Source of the DNA: a virus
Lineage: Duplodnaviria; Caudoviricetes
Strand: one strand, 5' to 3'
Length of the DNA stretch: 25,311 nucleotides
Virus record (IMG/VR): IMGVR_UViG_3300006029_000082
Coordinates: 1 to 25,311 of that record
The translations under genes and the position numbers were made by a program. The notes under the pieces were generated by a model, which saw only the letters and a list, made by a program, of their open reading frames with translations, was not told where the DNA came from and did no database searches. Shown piece by piece: positions 8,630-17,509 of this stretch (within the stretch, counting starts at the first letter, position 1; the number at the start of each line of letters is the position of its first letter).

Positions 8630-9043
8630 TCATTCATATAATTTTATTATGTCCTCGAATTTAGTGTAGTCCATGTGGTCACCATCAACGATGCAGTTAA
8701 TTACATGGTTTAAATCACGATAGCCAAACCGCCTCATTATCTCCCTGCTCCATCGCAAATACTTCCGCACATAAGCTGGCTCCTCAATCTCATCAACAAA
8801 GTTAGCTCGACCATTTGGAACGTCGATAGATTTATAATCTAATATCTTGACCGCGACATCACTTCGCAAATACGAGACAGCTTTTCGTATCTCCATTGCC
8901 GCATCTTCTAACACGGAGTTTAAAAGATTATCCTCAACCCATTTTTGTATTATATCCTGACGTACTTTTGCTAGCGTCTGCTTAGTCGCAAACTGCCAGT
9001 CTTTTGACTGCTCACTAACATCAATATAATCGTCGTCGCTCAC
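8630..9043 (-). CDS. Hypothetical protein, candidate late-transcription activator/antiterminator
   Basis: Last gene of the replication operon before terS (lambda Q position); function inferred from position only. Confidence 0.4.
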   Translation of the reverse strand: MSDDDYIDVSEQSKDWQFATKQTLAKVRQDIIQKWVEDNLLNSVLEDAAMEIRKAVSYLRSDVAVKILDYKSIDVPNGRANFVDEIEEPAYVRKYLRWSREIMRRFGYRDLNHVINCIVDGDHMDYTKFEDIIKLYE

Positions 9044-9627
9044 TTAAACTGCCTCAAAAAATTACGCGAGTTTACTTGCTCAACAGGCTCGACTTCATAA
9101 GGGCAACTGTTGAGGTTACAGGGCATTGTCTGAATGTTTGGACGCCCATGTCCCTTACGACCATAAGTGCTAATACTGCACGTCTCACAGCGTCCAGTGA
9201 CGTGTAAATTACGAGACATTCGCCTTATTGTTTCCCAATCCTCCTCATACATTGCTATCGACATATTTCTTAAATATGTTTTGACTAAATCAAACTTATC
9301 CAACGTCGATAATTTCTTTGTTAGCAATCCAATCTGACTTCTGAACCTCGTCAAAAGTGTCACTGCATTCCGTTCCCGTTCCTGCATAATCGTGATATTT
9401 GTATTGCCCTCACTAAAATGTAGATTGTCGATGAACTCAGCTAACTTATTTTCGTCTCCACTTAATTTATTCAGCAACCTTCTAGTCCTGGTCAGTAGCT
9501 TTTTAGTTGTCGACAACTCTTTTAATAACTTTTGATTGTTTAATGTTTGATCGAGCAACTTGCCCTCAAGATCACGAACCTTTTTTTCGTATTCCTGCCG
9601 CACGTCATGTATGTAATTTTCACTCAA
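9040..9627 (-). CDS. Coiled-coil protein with C-terminal Cys cluster
   Basis: Heptad-rich N-terminus; CETC..C.LNSCPY; 4-bp overlaps with both neighbours. Confidence 0.7.
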   Translation of the reverse strand: MSENYIHDVRQEYEKKVRDLEGKLLDQTLNNQKLLKELSTTKKLLTRTRRLLNKLSGDENKLAEFIDNLHFSEGNTNITIMQERERNAVTLLTRFRSQIGLLTKKLSTLDKFDLVKTYLRNMSIAMYEEDWETIRRMSRNLHVTGRCETCSISTYGRKGHGRPNIQTMPCNLNSCPYEVEPVEQVNSRNFLRQFK

Positions 9628-10196
9628 AACGGAATCTCCATATCTTTCACAATGCCTTTAACCTCCGCTAGTTTACTGCCAGGCATTTCATCTTTGCAGT
9701 ACGCCAGAACTCGAAACTTATTTTCAAATGCCTCGACACATCGTGCCGCCTCATCCAAGCAATAGGTCTTAATTCCTTCACCCTCTGGACTAGTTGCAAA
9801 CTGATAGGCATCTTCCCACGTCTCAAACAAACAATACGCGACACCGTCCGTCCTCCAGCTTGCCAAAGGATTAGGGTCGAGTGGCTTGTGGCCTTGCCTC
9901 TCTGCTTCCCGATCCAAAGCCGCCCAAGCCTTGACCATACTCGCTGAGTGCTTTTCAACCGCAAATTCATCATCATTATCAATAGCACGATCTAATTTTG
10001 CCGCTGTAATACCAAACTTCTGAGCCATCGCAGTACCGACGAGTTTTGGGAGACGATCTATGCCCCACTTCATCTCCATCTTCCGAGCGATTTCATCCGC
10101 CGGACGAAGTGAATAATACTTCGCCATCTTTTCGATGACACTGACATCTTGGGGGTTCGTTAATCGATCAGGTTTTATCATTTTACGATATTTCAT
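9624..10196 (-). CDS. Conserved phage hypothetical protein
   Basis: ME.KWGIDRLP.LV motif seen downstream of primase-helicases in alphaproteobacterial phages; GGGAG upstream. Confidence 0.75.
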   Translation of the reverse strand: MKYRKMIKPDRLTNPQDVSVIEKMAKYYSLRPADEIARKMEMKWGIDRLPKLVGTAMAQKFGITAAKLDRAIDNDDEFAVEKHSASMVKAWAALDREAERQGHKPLDPNPLASWRTDGVAYCLFETWEDAYQFATSPEGEGIKTYCLDEAARCVEAFENKFRVLAYCKDEMPGSKLAEVKGIVKDMEIPF

Positions 10197-10263
10197 CTCA
10201 TCATCTCCCTACTTAAAAAATCGTTCTCCCGTGTTCTCCCGTAGCTAAAATAGCAAGCAACTT

Positions 10264-10386
10264 TGCGCCAGTTGTGCGCCAGTCTGAATCTGGCGCGCCA
10301 GTGTGCTATTTTACTTAGGGAGAAAAGTAGACTGGCGCAGACATTTTGCGCCATTCGTGCGCCAGTTGAAAAACAAGACTGGCGCA
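10264..10386. repeat. Iteron-like cluster of GCGCCA(GT) repeats, putative replication origin
   Basis: 8 copies in both orientations at 10264, 10275, 10290, 10295, 10331, 10347, 10358, 10378. Confidence 0.7.
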
Positions 10387-10398
10387 ACTTATTTCTGC

Positions 10399-12573
10399 CT
10401 AATTTGGCAGTAAATTTAAGTCGACTTCGACGCATTTTCTGCTCTTCCTTTGCTTCTCATCTAAATATGTATCCTCAAAAAGTACACCCGTATCGAGCCA
10501 GGTTTTTACAATCTGTTTTGCTTCATTTTCACTCTTATCGACCATCTCGGTAATTAAATTCCCGACCCATCTTTTGCCTGATTGTTTTTGAGCAGACCAC
10601 TTGCCGCCCTCATATAAATGCTTATCAATCGCCAACAAAATATCCCGTGCTTTATCCGGTGTGATGTCGTCAAAGGCATCAGGTGGCGACCAGGGTGCCA
10701 CGACGCCGACACTGTCACCATCGCCAATTGCCGCATTGCCAATATTAATAGAATGCCGTTGAAGCCAATAAGCTCCTGCACTGGGTGGCGACATATTAGC
10801 CTTGGCGTCATCGAGCCGGATGAACCAGTGTCTGCGCTCCATTTTAATGCCAAATAAGTCGGCTTCCTTTTCATTCATTACAGTAATCGTTCGTGCGCTT
10901 CTAACGGCTCCTGAGAGGCTTGAGGCACCTCTTGCTTGGTTGATGTCACCCGCCATTTGATTGTTTGCTTGTGGCGGCTTTCTGACGTGATGCACGAGGT
11001 CAATCGCACATCCGGTGTCGTGTGCAATTTGAGCAAATGTCGTCAAAACATCGTCTATTTGTTTGTTATTATTTTCATCCGCATAGTGCGCCTTAACAAA
11101 CGGATCGATGGACAAGACTTTTATGTTATTCTTGAGGATTGCCTCGGTAAGTTGCTCCGCGTGTGGCGTCGCAACAACCGCGTCATTAATCTTATCTGCA
11201 ACAATAAGTTTTTGATCCCGCCCACTATTTAAAAATAAACTTCCAATTAGTTTTTCTTGAGGTATTTGGAAGTGCTTTTGTATGGCGATAACACGCCGTA
11301 GTAGCTCGTCCTGTGGGTCTTCTAAGTTGTAGTGCCAGACGTTGCATTGCTTGTGAACAGTGTCGTGTGTAAGCTGTCTGCCCGTAGCGATGGCTATCGC
11401 ATCAGTTAATGCGACGGTCGTCTTGCCGACGCCCCCAGGGGAAATCGTTGTCGCAACATAATTCTCAATTAAATGTCTACCGTATATAAATTGCCTCGTT
11501 GGTAAATTCGCAACATTTAGTGCATTAGCATCGATTTTAAACGCCGTAATATCGCCCGTATGTTTTTCCTCAAGGTGCGTCTTGATCCCTTCCTCAGTTG
11601 GCTCTGGGTAGTCGTACTTGCGACGTGCGCCCGCAATAGCAACGCCGACCTCTCTGTCTGTGTCATTTTGATTGTATCCTTCTTGGGTAAAATTTCTTGC
11701 CATGACCAAGATTTCAGCATTGGTCTTACCAGTGGCGACCCAATGAGCGACAACTTTAATCATCTTGTTATGCCACTCATCGCCGCCGGACATAATGTCC
11801 CTGGCTATTTGATCTATTTCTAAATTTTGGTACACGGGGAGATTCAGTCCGGCAGGAGGGGAACCGTCCTCAATCGCCCCGTGATCAGCTTTCGTTTGGC
11901 ACTCAAATGCCGCTGGAAAGCTGTTATACAATTTGACCGCGTTGACAGGCTCACGCTCTTGACGTGGCGGCACAAACTTTACTAGTTCTTCAGTGTATCC
12001 TTTTTTAATCTTACCCTGACTTGGGTAGCTGACAGTCCCTGCAAGTCGCATAATGCGCCGTGGATCAATCACCTTATCGCTGTCAAACTTATTGACCATT
12101 CCGGTCTGTATATCGGCCCAGGCTTTAAAATTTTCTAACGGGTGTTCCCGCTCCCAATATGCGTGCAATCGGGGCTCCGGTGTGCGGCCTGTTAATACGA
12201 CAAAATTTTGCTTGATTGGAGCTTCAGTCTTTAATTTATCTGTAGAGTATTTTGTGTCGTGGTCTGAAAAATTGAAATACGCACACAATACGTCTTGATC
12301 TGTCGCGGCACTGCCGGAAAAAATATCACCACGTCTTGGGTTCACTCCAACGTAAACATTCTTACCGTCAATATTTTGCTTTTTTGCATACTCAACTGCG
12401 TCGTCACGGTTAGTAACTTTAAAGTATTGCCATTGCCACCGACCACCATCAACGCCACTGTCAATCTGGATCAAGGCGTCTGGATAATCTGCTTCACACC
12501 TTGAAAATAATTTATCGAGGTGGAGACGAATATCTGATTCGTTAGGTGTTAAGTTTTGGGGCATGGCATCCAT
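10399..12573 (-). CDS. Primase-helicase (RepB-type AEP primase plus AAA_25/RepA-type SF4 helicase)
   Basis: N-terminal VYVGVN, SDHD, TG..RLHAYW, DPRRIMRLAGT; C-terminal Walker A SPGGVGKTT, Walker B VLSIDP, LVHHVRK, ARGASSL. Confidence 0.9.
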   Translation of the reverse strand: MDAMPQNLTPNESDIRLHLDKLFSRCEADYPDALIQIDSGVDGGRWQWQYFKVTNRDDAVEYAKKQNIDGKNVYVGVNPRRGDIFSGSAATDQDVLCAYFNFSDHDTKYSTDKLKTEAPIKQNFVVLTGRTPEPRLHAYWEREHPLENFKAWADIQTGMVNKFDSDKVIDPRRIMRLAGTVSYPSQGKIKKGYTEELVKFVPPRQEREPVNAVKLYNSFPAAFECQTKADHGAIEDGSPPAGLNLPVYQNLEIDQIARDIMSGGDEWHNKMIKVVAHWVATGKTNAEILVMARNFTQEGYNQNDTDREVGVAIAGARRKYDYPEPTEEGIKTHLEEKHTGDITAFKIDANALNVANLPTRQFIYGRHLIENYVATTISPGGVGKTTVALTDAIAIATGRQLTHDTVHKQCNVWHYNLEDPQDELLRRVIAIQKHFQIPQEKLIGSLFLNSGRDQKLIVADKINDAVVATPHAEQLTEAILKNNIKVLSIDPFVKAHYADENNNKQIDDVLTTFAQIAHDTGCAIDLVHHVRKPPQANNQMAGDINQARGASSLSGAVRSARTITVMNEKEADLFGIKMERRHWFIRLDDAKANMSPPSAGAYWLQRHSINIGNAAIGDGDSVGVVAPWSPPDAFDDITPDKARDILLAIDKHLYEGGKWSAQKQSGKRWVGNLITEMVDKSENEAKQIVKTWLDTGVLFEDTYLDEKQRKSRKCVEVDLNLLPN

Positions 12574-12577
12574 AATT

Positions 12578-12603
12578 AAAAGGGAGAGGTGTTAACCCCT
12601 CCC
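12578..12603 (-). terminator. Intrinsic terminator/attenuator between ssb and primase
   Basis: GGGAGGGGT-TAAC-ACCTCTCCC-TTTT. Confidence 0.65.
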
Positions 12604-12610
12604 GACTTAG

Positions 12611-13186
12611 TTAATCCCAGTCTTCCACTGCATCGTCGCTTGATGCTGGTGTAGGGGCTGGTGTAGGGGCTGGTGTAGCGGCAAGTTCATCGAACTCCTT
12701 TGGACGGTCACCCCACTTGGTAATCTTTAACTCCGGCGCATAATTGGTGCCGTGCTTGGAATCAACGGGGTTAACTTTCACGCACTCAACCAAAGGTAGC
12801 TTCCCAGCTTTTCCTTCGTCACTTTTTAGATACTCATCATAAAGAGTATTCATCTCATTATTGACGGCTCCGGCAGTTGACGAAAATTCTCTCAACCCGC
12901 CAATTTTTGGGCTGAAGACATTGAGTAAAAATCCGCGCTTAAAGTTACCTTCACCGACCGCGTCACCCGCACCGACTTCAGTGTCAAATATTTTCTCTGG
13001 AGCTTGCCCAGCTTCAAACTTAAAAATACCAGTTTGAATGTTTTTAAAATCAAAATACGCCTTAAACTTTTCGATCTCATACTCGTCGCCACTATCGTCT
13101 TTTGTATACCAGCGACCAGCTTTTGCATTGTACTTACAATAAGTGACAAAATCTCCGCCGCCACCAGTTGGTAATCCTAATCCCAT
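12611..13186 (-). CDS. Putative single-stranded DNA-binding protein
   Basis: Lies between nuclease and primase; aromatic beta-rich core, (PTPA)n linker from a 12-bp tandem repeat near 12646-12678, acidic-aromatic tail DDAVEDWD. Confidence 0.65.
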   Translation of the reverse strand: MGLGLPTGGGGDFVTYCKYNAKAGRWYTKDDSGDEYEIEKFKAYFDFKNIQTGIFKFEAGQAPEKIFDTEVGAGDAVGEGNFKRGFLLNVFSPKIGGLREFSSTAGAVNNEMNTLYDEYLKSDEGKAGKLPLVECVKVNPVDSKHGTNYAPELKITKWGDRPKEFDELAATPAPTPAPTPASSDDAVEDWD

Positions 13187-13246
13187 TTCTATTTCCTCTT
13201 CACTACTTACAAATTAGTCCGCACTTAACCCAGCGAACCTTTGGGG

Positions 13247-13996
13247 TTAATAACCAAAAATTTCTTTTGCTTTGGCTCTGAAAGCCGCACCACTAAAATA
13301 AAACATGTCGTAATCAGGAATGACCGCGTCTGCGGCTTCCTCTTTTGTTTCAAACTTGTCTAAAAATCTTTCTAACCGCATCGCAATTTGGCGAATTTCT
13401 TCTAAACTTTTTTTCGCCTCATCCGGTTGCAATGTATAAATCGCGTGTTTTTTGGGTGAGGCATATAAAACGTCAATCGAGTGATTTGACTTTGCGTGCT
13501 GATACACAGCCATTTGCCTTTTGTGCGGCGCAGACATTTTGCCAGGGATAGCCTTGGTTGTTTTTAAATCAACGACCTTGCCATCATCATCAAAAGTAAA
13601 ATCGGTAAAACCCAGAATTGGAACTGGTACATTGTCTAAATTAATGACAACTTTTTCTTGATAGCCAGTTGGCTCGGCATAATTTTTTAGTCCTTCAAGT
13701 GTCTGCTCAATAAAACCTGGGAACTCATCCAAATGTTTTTTTCTTTGGTCTTGAGGAAAGCCCATTGCCGTCGTGCTGTTGAATTTTTTGGTTGCCTCTT
13801 CTAAAGCATCTAAAAACTCATCTTCTAAACAACTTTGAACACCATGCTCGACACAAATCCCGCGCGCCGCGTTCAATCCGGCATTGTCATAAATTTTAAA
13901 AAGGTAGCTTACAATCCAAGCACCGAGACAGCCCTGCGCCTTATTTAAACTTGAGGGGCTAAGATGTTTTATTCCAAATCGTTCAAAACTATTCAT
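13247..13996 (-). CDS. PD-(D/E)XK exonuclease
   Basis: HLSPSSL, RG..VE, GFTDF..VVDLKT, QMAVY; start placed at ATG 13996 behind GAGGA. Confidence 0.85.
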   Translation of the reverse strand: MNSFERFGIKHLSPSSLNKAQGCLGAWIVSYLFKIYDNAGLNAARGICVEHGVQSCLEDEFLDALEEATKKFNSTTAMGFPQDQRKKHLDEFPGFIEQTLEGLKNYAEPTGYQEKVVINLDNVPVPILGFTDFTFDDDGKVVDLKTTKAIPGKMSAPHKRQMAVYQHAKSNHSIDVLYASPKKHAIYTLQPDEAKKSLEEIRQIAMRLERFLDKFETKEEAADAVIPDYDMFYFSGAAFRAKAKEIFGY

Positions 13997-14004
13997 TATT
14001 TTCC

Positions 14005-15345
14005 TCAATCCAAACACATACAATCGACAATTTCATCATTGTCTGTGAAGAAATCACCTTGGTTAATAGTCATGTTTAGTAAATCTTTGTATGGCGGTCG
14101 GTCTTTATCAAAAGTTGCGTTGATTAAATTTTCTTGTTTAATCCACCAATTCGCCAAATTTGGCCTATCTCGCATAATACCTTGAAGTAATTTTTTACCC
14201 TTTAAAAAACATAAGTCACAATTCCCAAGCGGAGTTCTGCCATTGACGCCATCTAAAGCTAAATCAAAAGGTTGCTCATTCCAAAATTTTGCAACGTCTC
14301 TAGCAGTAATGTCCGCGTGAACAAGCGGCATAACATTGACGCCCCAATTATTTGTTTTAGTAGAATTTTTTTCAAACCGACGTGGCTCATCGGCTCGGAT
14401 GCCAATAACATTTGCCCACTTTTCAAACCCATGAATCGTCCTCATTAATCCTGTTAATGGATAGATTTTTAATTCCGACGTGCAAAATCTTGCTAGGGCA
14501 TTTGGAAGGTAGTTTTTTTTCTTTATTAATTTAGAAAACGGTTCGCCGTCTCTTGACGCTGAATTATGGCTAACAATATTAAATCCAACATTAATTAATG
14601 GAGCCTCTTTAATTTTTGGTTCTTTGCAAATAAAAATAGGAGCAGTACGACCATTTTCTATTGCTAAACTACCAAACCGCTGATCAACTAATTTTGTTAA
14701 CTTATCAACATCGGCAACTTTCCCTACCCAAGATTTTTTTCTTGGCTCTTTTGGTAAGTTAAATATTGCAGTTTTTTTTGTGCATCCAGCAATTTGATCT
14801 AAGGTTAAATTTAATCCTTCATCGTCTTCCATAGTATTAATGACGTTAGACGCGTAAACGATGTCATATTTTCTATGCAAAGCGTCAAATTTATGAGAAT
14901 TATTGCTAAAGTTTGCGCCAAAATCAAAACCAATTACATTAAACCCCTGGCTCAACAAAACCTCTACATGGTTAGACTTTGGCCCAGACCCAAAATCTAA
15001 TATAGTATCTGACTTTTCCGCTATTTCAGCGACACGGCGAGGAACTATTGCATTTTTACCAATTGCCCCAGAACATCCACTTCTTGACGTGCGGTTAGTA
15101 ACTTTTATAAAAGGTGCAGTTTCATCCCATTCAACCCAAGTTATAGGAACATTCCAGCGCGTTTGACATTGTTGAACAAAATCTAACGTCTCAGGTAACT
15201 CCTTGCCAGTGTTCGCAAACGCGACCACAACTCCATCTGGTAATTTCCCGTCATATGCATTTAATATCGACCACAACATAAAAGCACTTGTTCTACCTCC
15301 AGAAAAACTGATTAAAGCTGGTGTTGGAATTTTATAAGGATTCAT
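14005..15345 (-). CDS. PAPS-reductase/DndC-like PP-loop protein with inserted SAM methyltransferase domain
   Basis: SFSGGRTS, FANTGKE, RFCTSELK, GIRADE..R, GNCDLCFLK, C-terminal CMC; insert has ILDFGSG and YDIVYASNVIN; start ATG 15345 behind GGGGAAG. Confidence 0.85.
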   Translation of the reverse strand: MNPYKIPTPALISFSGGRTSAFMLWSILNAYDGKLPDGVVVAFANTGKELPETLDFVQQCQTRWNVPITWVEWDETAPFIKVTNRTSRSGCSGAIGKNAIVPRRVAEIAEKSDTILDFGSGPKSNHVEVLLSQGFNVIGFDFGANFSNNSHKFDALHRKYDIVYASNVINTMEDDEGLNLTLDQIAGCTKKTAIFNLPKEPRKKSWVGKVADVDKLTKLVDQRFGSLAIENGRTAPIFICKEPKIKEAPLINVGFNIVSHNSASRDGEPFSKLIKKKNYLPNALARFCTSELKIYPLTGLMRTIHGFEKWANVIGIRADEPRRFEKNSTKTNNWGVNVMPLVHADITARDVAKFWNEQPFDLALDGVNGRTPLGNCDLCFLKGKKLLQGIMRDRPNLANWWIKQENLINATFDKDRPPYKDLLNMTINQGDFFTDNDEIVDCMCLD

Positions 15346-15790
15346 TATCTCTTCCCCACTGTGCAATTAAAACGGCCTCAGCCCTGCCGTCATCTTTGGC
15401 GCGTTTAAAGTCATCTGCATTTTTTGGAAATAATCGTGTTGCGAGTTGTCGGCTTGCTGACTTGTCCCGACCCAATGAAAAATGTCTTTTCCATTTTGAT
15501 GGTGTCACTAAACTGTACGGAATTTCTAAAGTTGCTAATACACCTTTGATAACCCCGTAGCCCTGCCCAAAATTAAAGGCCGACTGCTTGCCCATGCCGA
15601 AAGAATTTATGGATTCTATATATGTGTGTCTTGGTGTGAACTCTTTAAATAAATTTGCTAACGCAACGGCGTTTAATTCTTTATCGAATACGGGCATATC
15701 GTGAACTTCGACAAACGTATGCTTTTCTTTCACCCCGCTATAATAAAAACAGAGCGCGCCAGTCTTGCCTGGATCGATGCCGCAGATCAA
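15332..15790 (-). CDS. ruvC: RuvC-like Holliday junction resolvase
   Basis: GIDPG, YIE, SAFNFGQGYG, P.KWK, DDGRAEAVLIA. Confidence 0.85.
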   Translation of the reverse strand: MICGIDPGKTGALCFYYSGVKEKHTFVEVHDMPVFDKELNAVALANLFKEFTPRHTYIESINSFGMGKQSAFNFGQGYGVIKGVLATLEIPYSLVTPSKWKRHFSLGRDKSASRQLATRLFPKNADDFKRAKDDGRAEAVLIAQWGRDNESL

Positions 15791-15987
15791 AGTTTTAGTC
15801 CGGCTAAAAAGTCATCAGGCAAAGATACATTTTTCTCATTTGCTAATTGAGCAATCTTAGCTCTAATTTTTATGTCGTTTGGAATCCCGTTTTTAAGCCA
15901 ATTGCTCACTCTATTTTGCGGGAAATTCATTTCATCGGCTACATACGTACTGCCGCCAATTTGACTTATAATTTCAGATGTGTTCAT
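15787..15987 (-). CDS. cro: Cro-like HTH protein
   Basis: 66 aa, IISQIGGSTYVA..VSNWLKNGIP; first gene of the lytic early operon. Confidence 0.75.
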   Translation of the reverse strand: MNTSEIISQIGGSTYVADEMNFPQNRVSNWLKNGIPNDIKIRAKIAQLANEKNVSLPDDFLAGLKL

Positions 15988-15990
15988 ATT

Positions 15991-16052
15991 ATATCAAATT
16001 TCCTGATAAAAGTTTCCATAGGAGATAATATCAGGTAACATGATATTGTCAA
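15991..16052 (-). promoter_or_regulatory. Lytic promoter with two operators
   Basis: Minus-strand TTGACA (16052-16047)-16bp-TATTAT; ATATCA-N7-TGATA(T/A) at 15991-16009 and 16028-16046. Confidence 0.75.
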
Positions 16053-16075
16053 ATTTAATTTTAAGGAGAGAGAAA

Positions 16076-16735
16076 ATGCAAAAAAAAGAAATAATGAAGA
16101 ACGTAGTCAATTTTGACGAGAAGGTTATGGAAACTTTCAATGATCGAAGTCAATTTATTCCAGAAGGATCGATGGGTGACCCCCAGTCATCAAACTTTTA
16201 TAAAAAGTACCCTGAGATGTGCGATTATTTTGCAAGGAAGGCAGACGGGCCTTGGACTAAATACTATGAATTAAAAGCTCGTTATCAAAGACGGGCTTAT
16301 AGAATGTCAGCGGAAAGTAAGATTGCCAAATTTGTGCAAAGAAATATGACAACTTCTCAAATAACATCTTTTTTTATGGAAAGATTCTGGAGAGCTATGA
16401 GAACGCACACGTTTCACGTGGGTGTTACCTTCACCGAAATAATGGACGAGATCGATTTTGAAACACACGAAAATACTGTAAGAAGAATTTTAAAAGACGG
16501 AATTTCTTTTGGTTACTTTGGGGAGCAAACTTCGTCGTATAAAAAATCAGTTAAAAAATACTATCCAACGGATGTGCTGATAAAATTTTCTATTGATTTT
16601 AATCGATCAGAATTTTTGTATTACAAAGCCAACGATATGCAGAACTTATCAAAAGAGTTAGACGAACGCCTAATCGAAAAACCTGACGCTGGCAGTAGTA
16701 ACCAAGACCTTAACTCGGATGCGCCACCTTTTTAA
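16076..16735 (+). CDS. Putative winged-helix DNA-binding protein
   Basis: GVTFTEI..HENTVRRILKDGISFGYF..KKYYPT fits wHTH helix-turn-helix plus wing; AAGGAG RBS favours ATG 16076. Confidence 0.55.
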   Translation: MQKKEIMKNVVNFDEKVMETFNDRSQFIPEGSMGDPQSSNFYKKYPEMCDYFARKADGPWTKYYELKARYQRRAYRMSAESKIAKFVQRNMTTSQITSFFMERFWRAMRTHTFHVGVTFTEIMDEIDFETHENTVRRILKDGISFGYFGEQTSSYKKSVKKYYPTDVLIKFSIDFNRSEFLYYKANDMQNLSKELDERLIEKPDAGSSNQDLNSDAPPF

Positions 16736-16738
16736 ATC

Positions 16739-16801
16739 CATAACAATTTTTGTTATGAATCGTAACAAAATTTGTTATGGTATTATCAAGTAACTTGTAT
16801 T
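16739..16801. promoter_or_regulatory. Three tandem 19-bp palindromes with 22-bp period
   Basis: CATAACAATTTTTGTTATG 16739, CGTAACAAAATTTGTTATG 16761, degenerate TTATCA-N7-TGTATT 16783. Confidence 0.6.
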
Positions 16802-16832
16802 AACTTTTTGTTCATAACTAAGAGGGCCATTT

Positions 16833-17201
16833 ATGAACAATCAAAATTTAAATATCAATTTACTTGATGCTACACATAAAGACGAGTATAACCCATTTGA
16901 GGTTTTTTACTACGAAACACACGAGGAAGAAATTTTGGCTGAAACAAGACGACCAATCGAGTTTGTCCAGGCAAGTGGTGAGCGGCTAAAAAAAGTAAGA
17001 CAGGCGTTAGGTCTTACTCAAGTCGAGTTATGTGAAAAACTTGACGTAAAACAGAATGCCTATAGTGCTTGGGAAAATGGGAAACTTTTAATGGATCCAT
17101 TTGTCGCCAGTATTTTATCTACAAAATTTGGTGTTACCCTGGACTATATCTATAACGGTGTCGAAAAAGATTTGCCGGAAGAAATACGCAAAAAGATATA
17201 G
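16833..17201 (+). CDS. XRE-family HTH repressor
   Basis: GERLKKVRQALGLTQVELCEKLDV..YSAWENG..FGVTLDYIY.G; no S24 peptidase domain. Confidence 0.85.
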   Translation: MNNQNLNINLLDATHKDEYNPFEVFYYETHEEEILAETRRPIEFVQASGERLKKVRQALGLTQVELCEKLDVKQNAYSAWENGKLLMDPFVASILSTKFGVTLDYIYNGVEKDLPEEIRKKI

Positions 17202-17256
17202 TATCACGCAATGTGATATTATTTAGTTGACATATCAGCTAACCTGATATTATGAT
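17201..17256 (+). promoter_or_regulatory. Promoter with two operators
   Basis: GTATCA-N7-TGATAT 17201-17219; TTGACA 17227, ATATCA-N7-TGATAT 17232-17250, TATGAT 17251. Confidence 0.75.
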
Positions 17257-17287
17257 CTCCTTAATTTTTTATTTAAGGAGATTTTTT

Positions 17288-17509
17288 ATGAATAGACAAC
17301 ATTCAGAAATAGCGATTGAAAAATTAAATCGCATCAAACGTGAATTGCGAACTGCAATGGTTCACGCCGAGGCAACCGATACTTTTATCTGCTGTGCAGA
17401 TTTAATTCGCACACTGGAAGATTCACTTTCAGCCGTCGACGCATCAATCAGCGATCAGACAACTAATCATTTGGAAACTTTTAAAAGTCAGCCGGAGTTA
17501 GCGATATGA
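17288..17509 (+). CDS. Hypothetical protein
   Basis: TAAGGAG RBS before ATG 17288. Confidence 0.7.
   Translation: MNRQHSEIAIEKLNRIKRELRTAMVHAEATDTFICCADLIRTLEDSLSAVDASISDQTTNHLETFKSQPELAI

Noticed and set aside
10264-10386. CRISPR-like array
   Set aside because: Repeats are only 7-9 bp, in mixed orientation, with no regular spacers
10193-10553. ORFs 10193-10435(-) and 10263-10553(+)
   Set aside because: They run through the iteron repeats or overlap the primase; likely spurious
12646-12678. 12-bp tandem repeat as a contingency locus
   Set aside because: In-frame and encodes a PTPA linker of the SSB; ordinary
13247-13996. Cas4/CRISPR adaptation gene
   Set aside because: No Fe-S Cys cluster, cas genes or array; ordinary phage PD-(D/E)XK nuclease
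14605-15100. Intein in the PAPS-reductase-like gene
   Set aside because: No terminal His-Asn or splicing-block motifs; the insert has MTase motifs
14005-15345. Complete Dnd/Ssp phosphorothioation system or sulfate-assimilation cysH
   Set aside because: No cysteine desulfurase, DndD/E, Ssp or cys genes in the window
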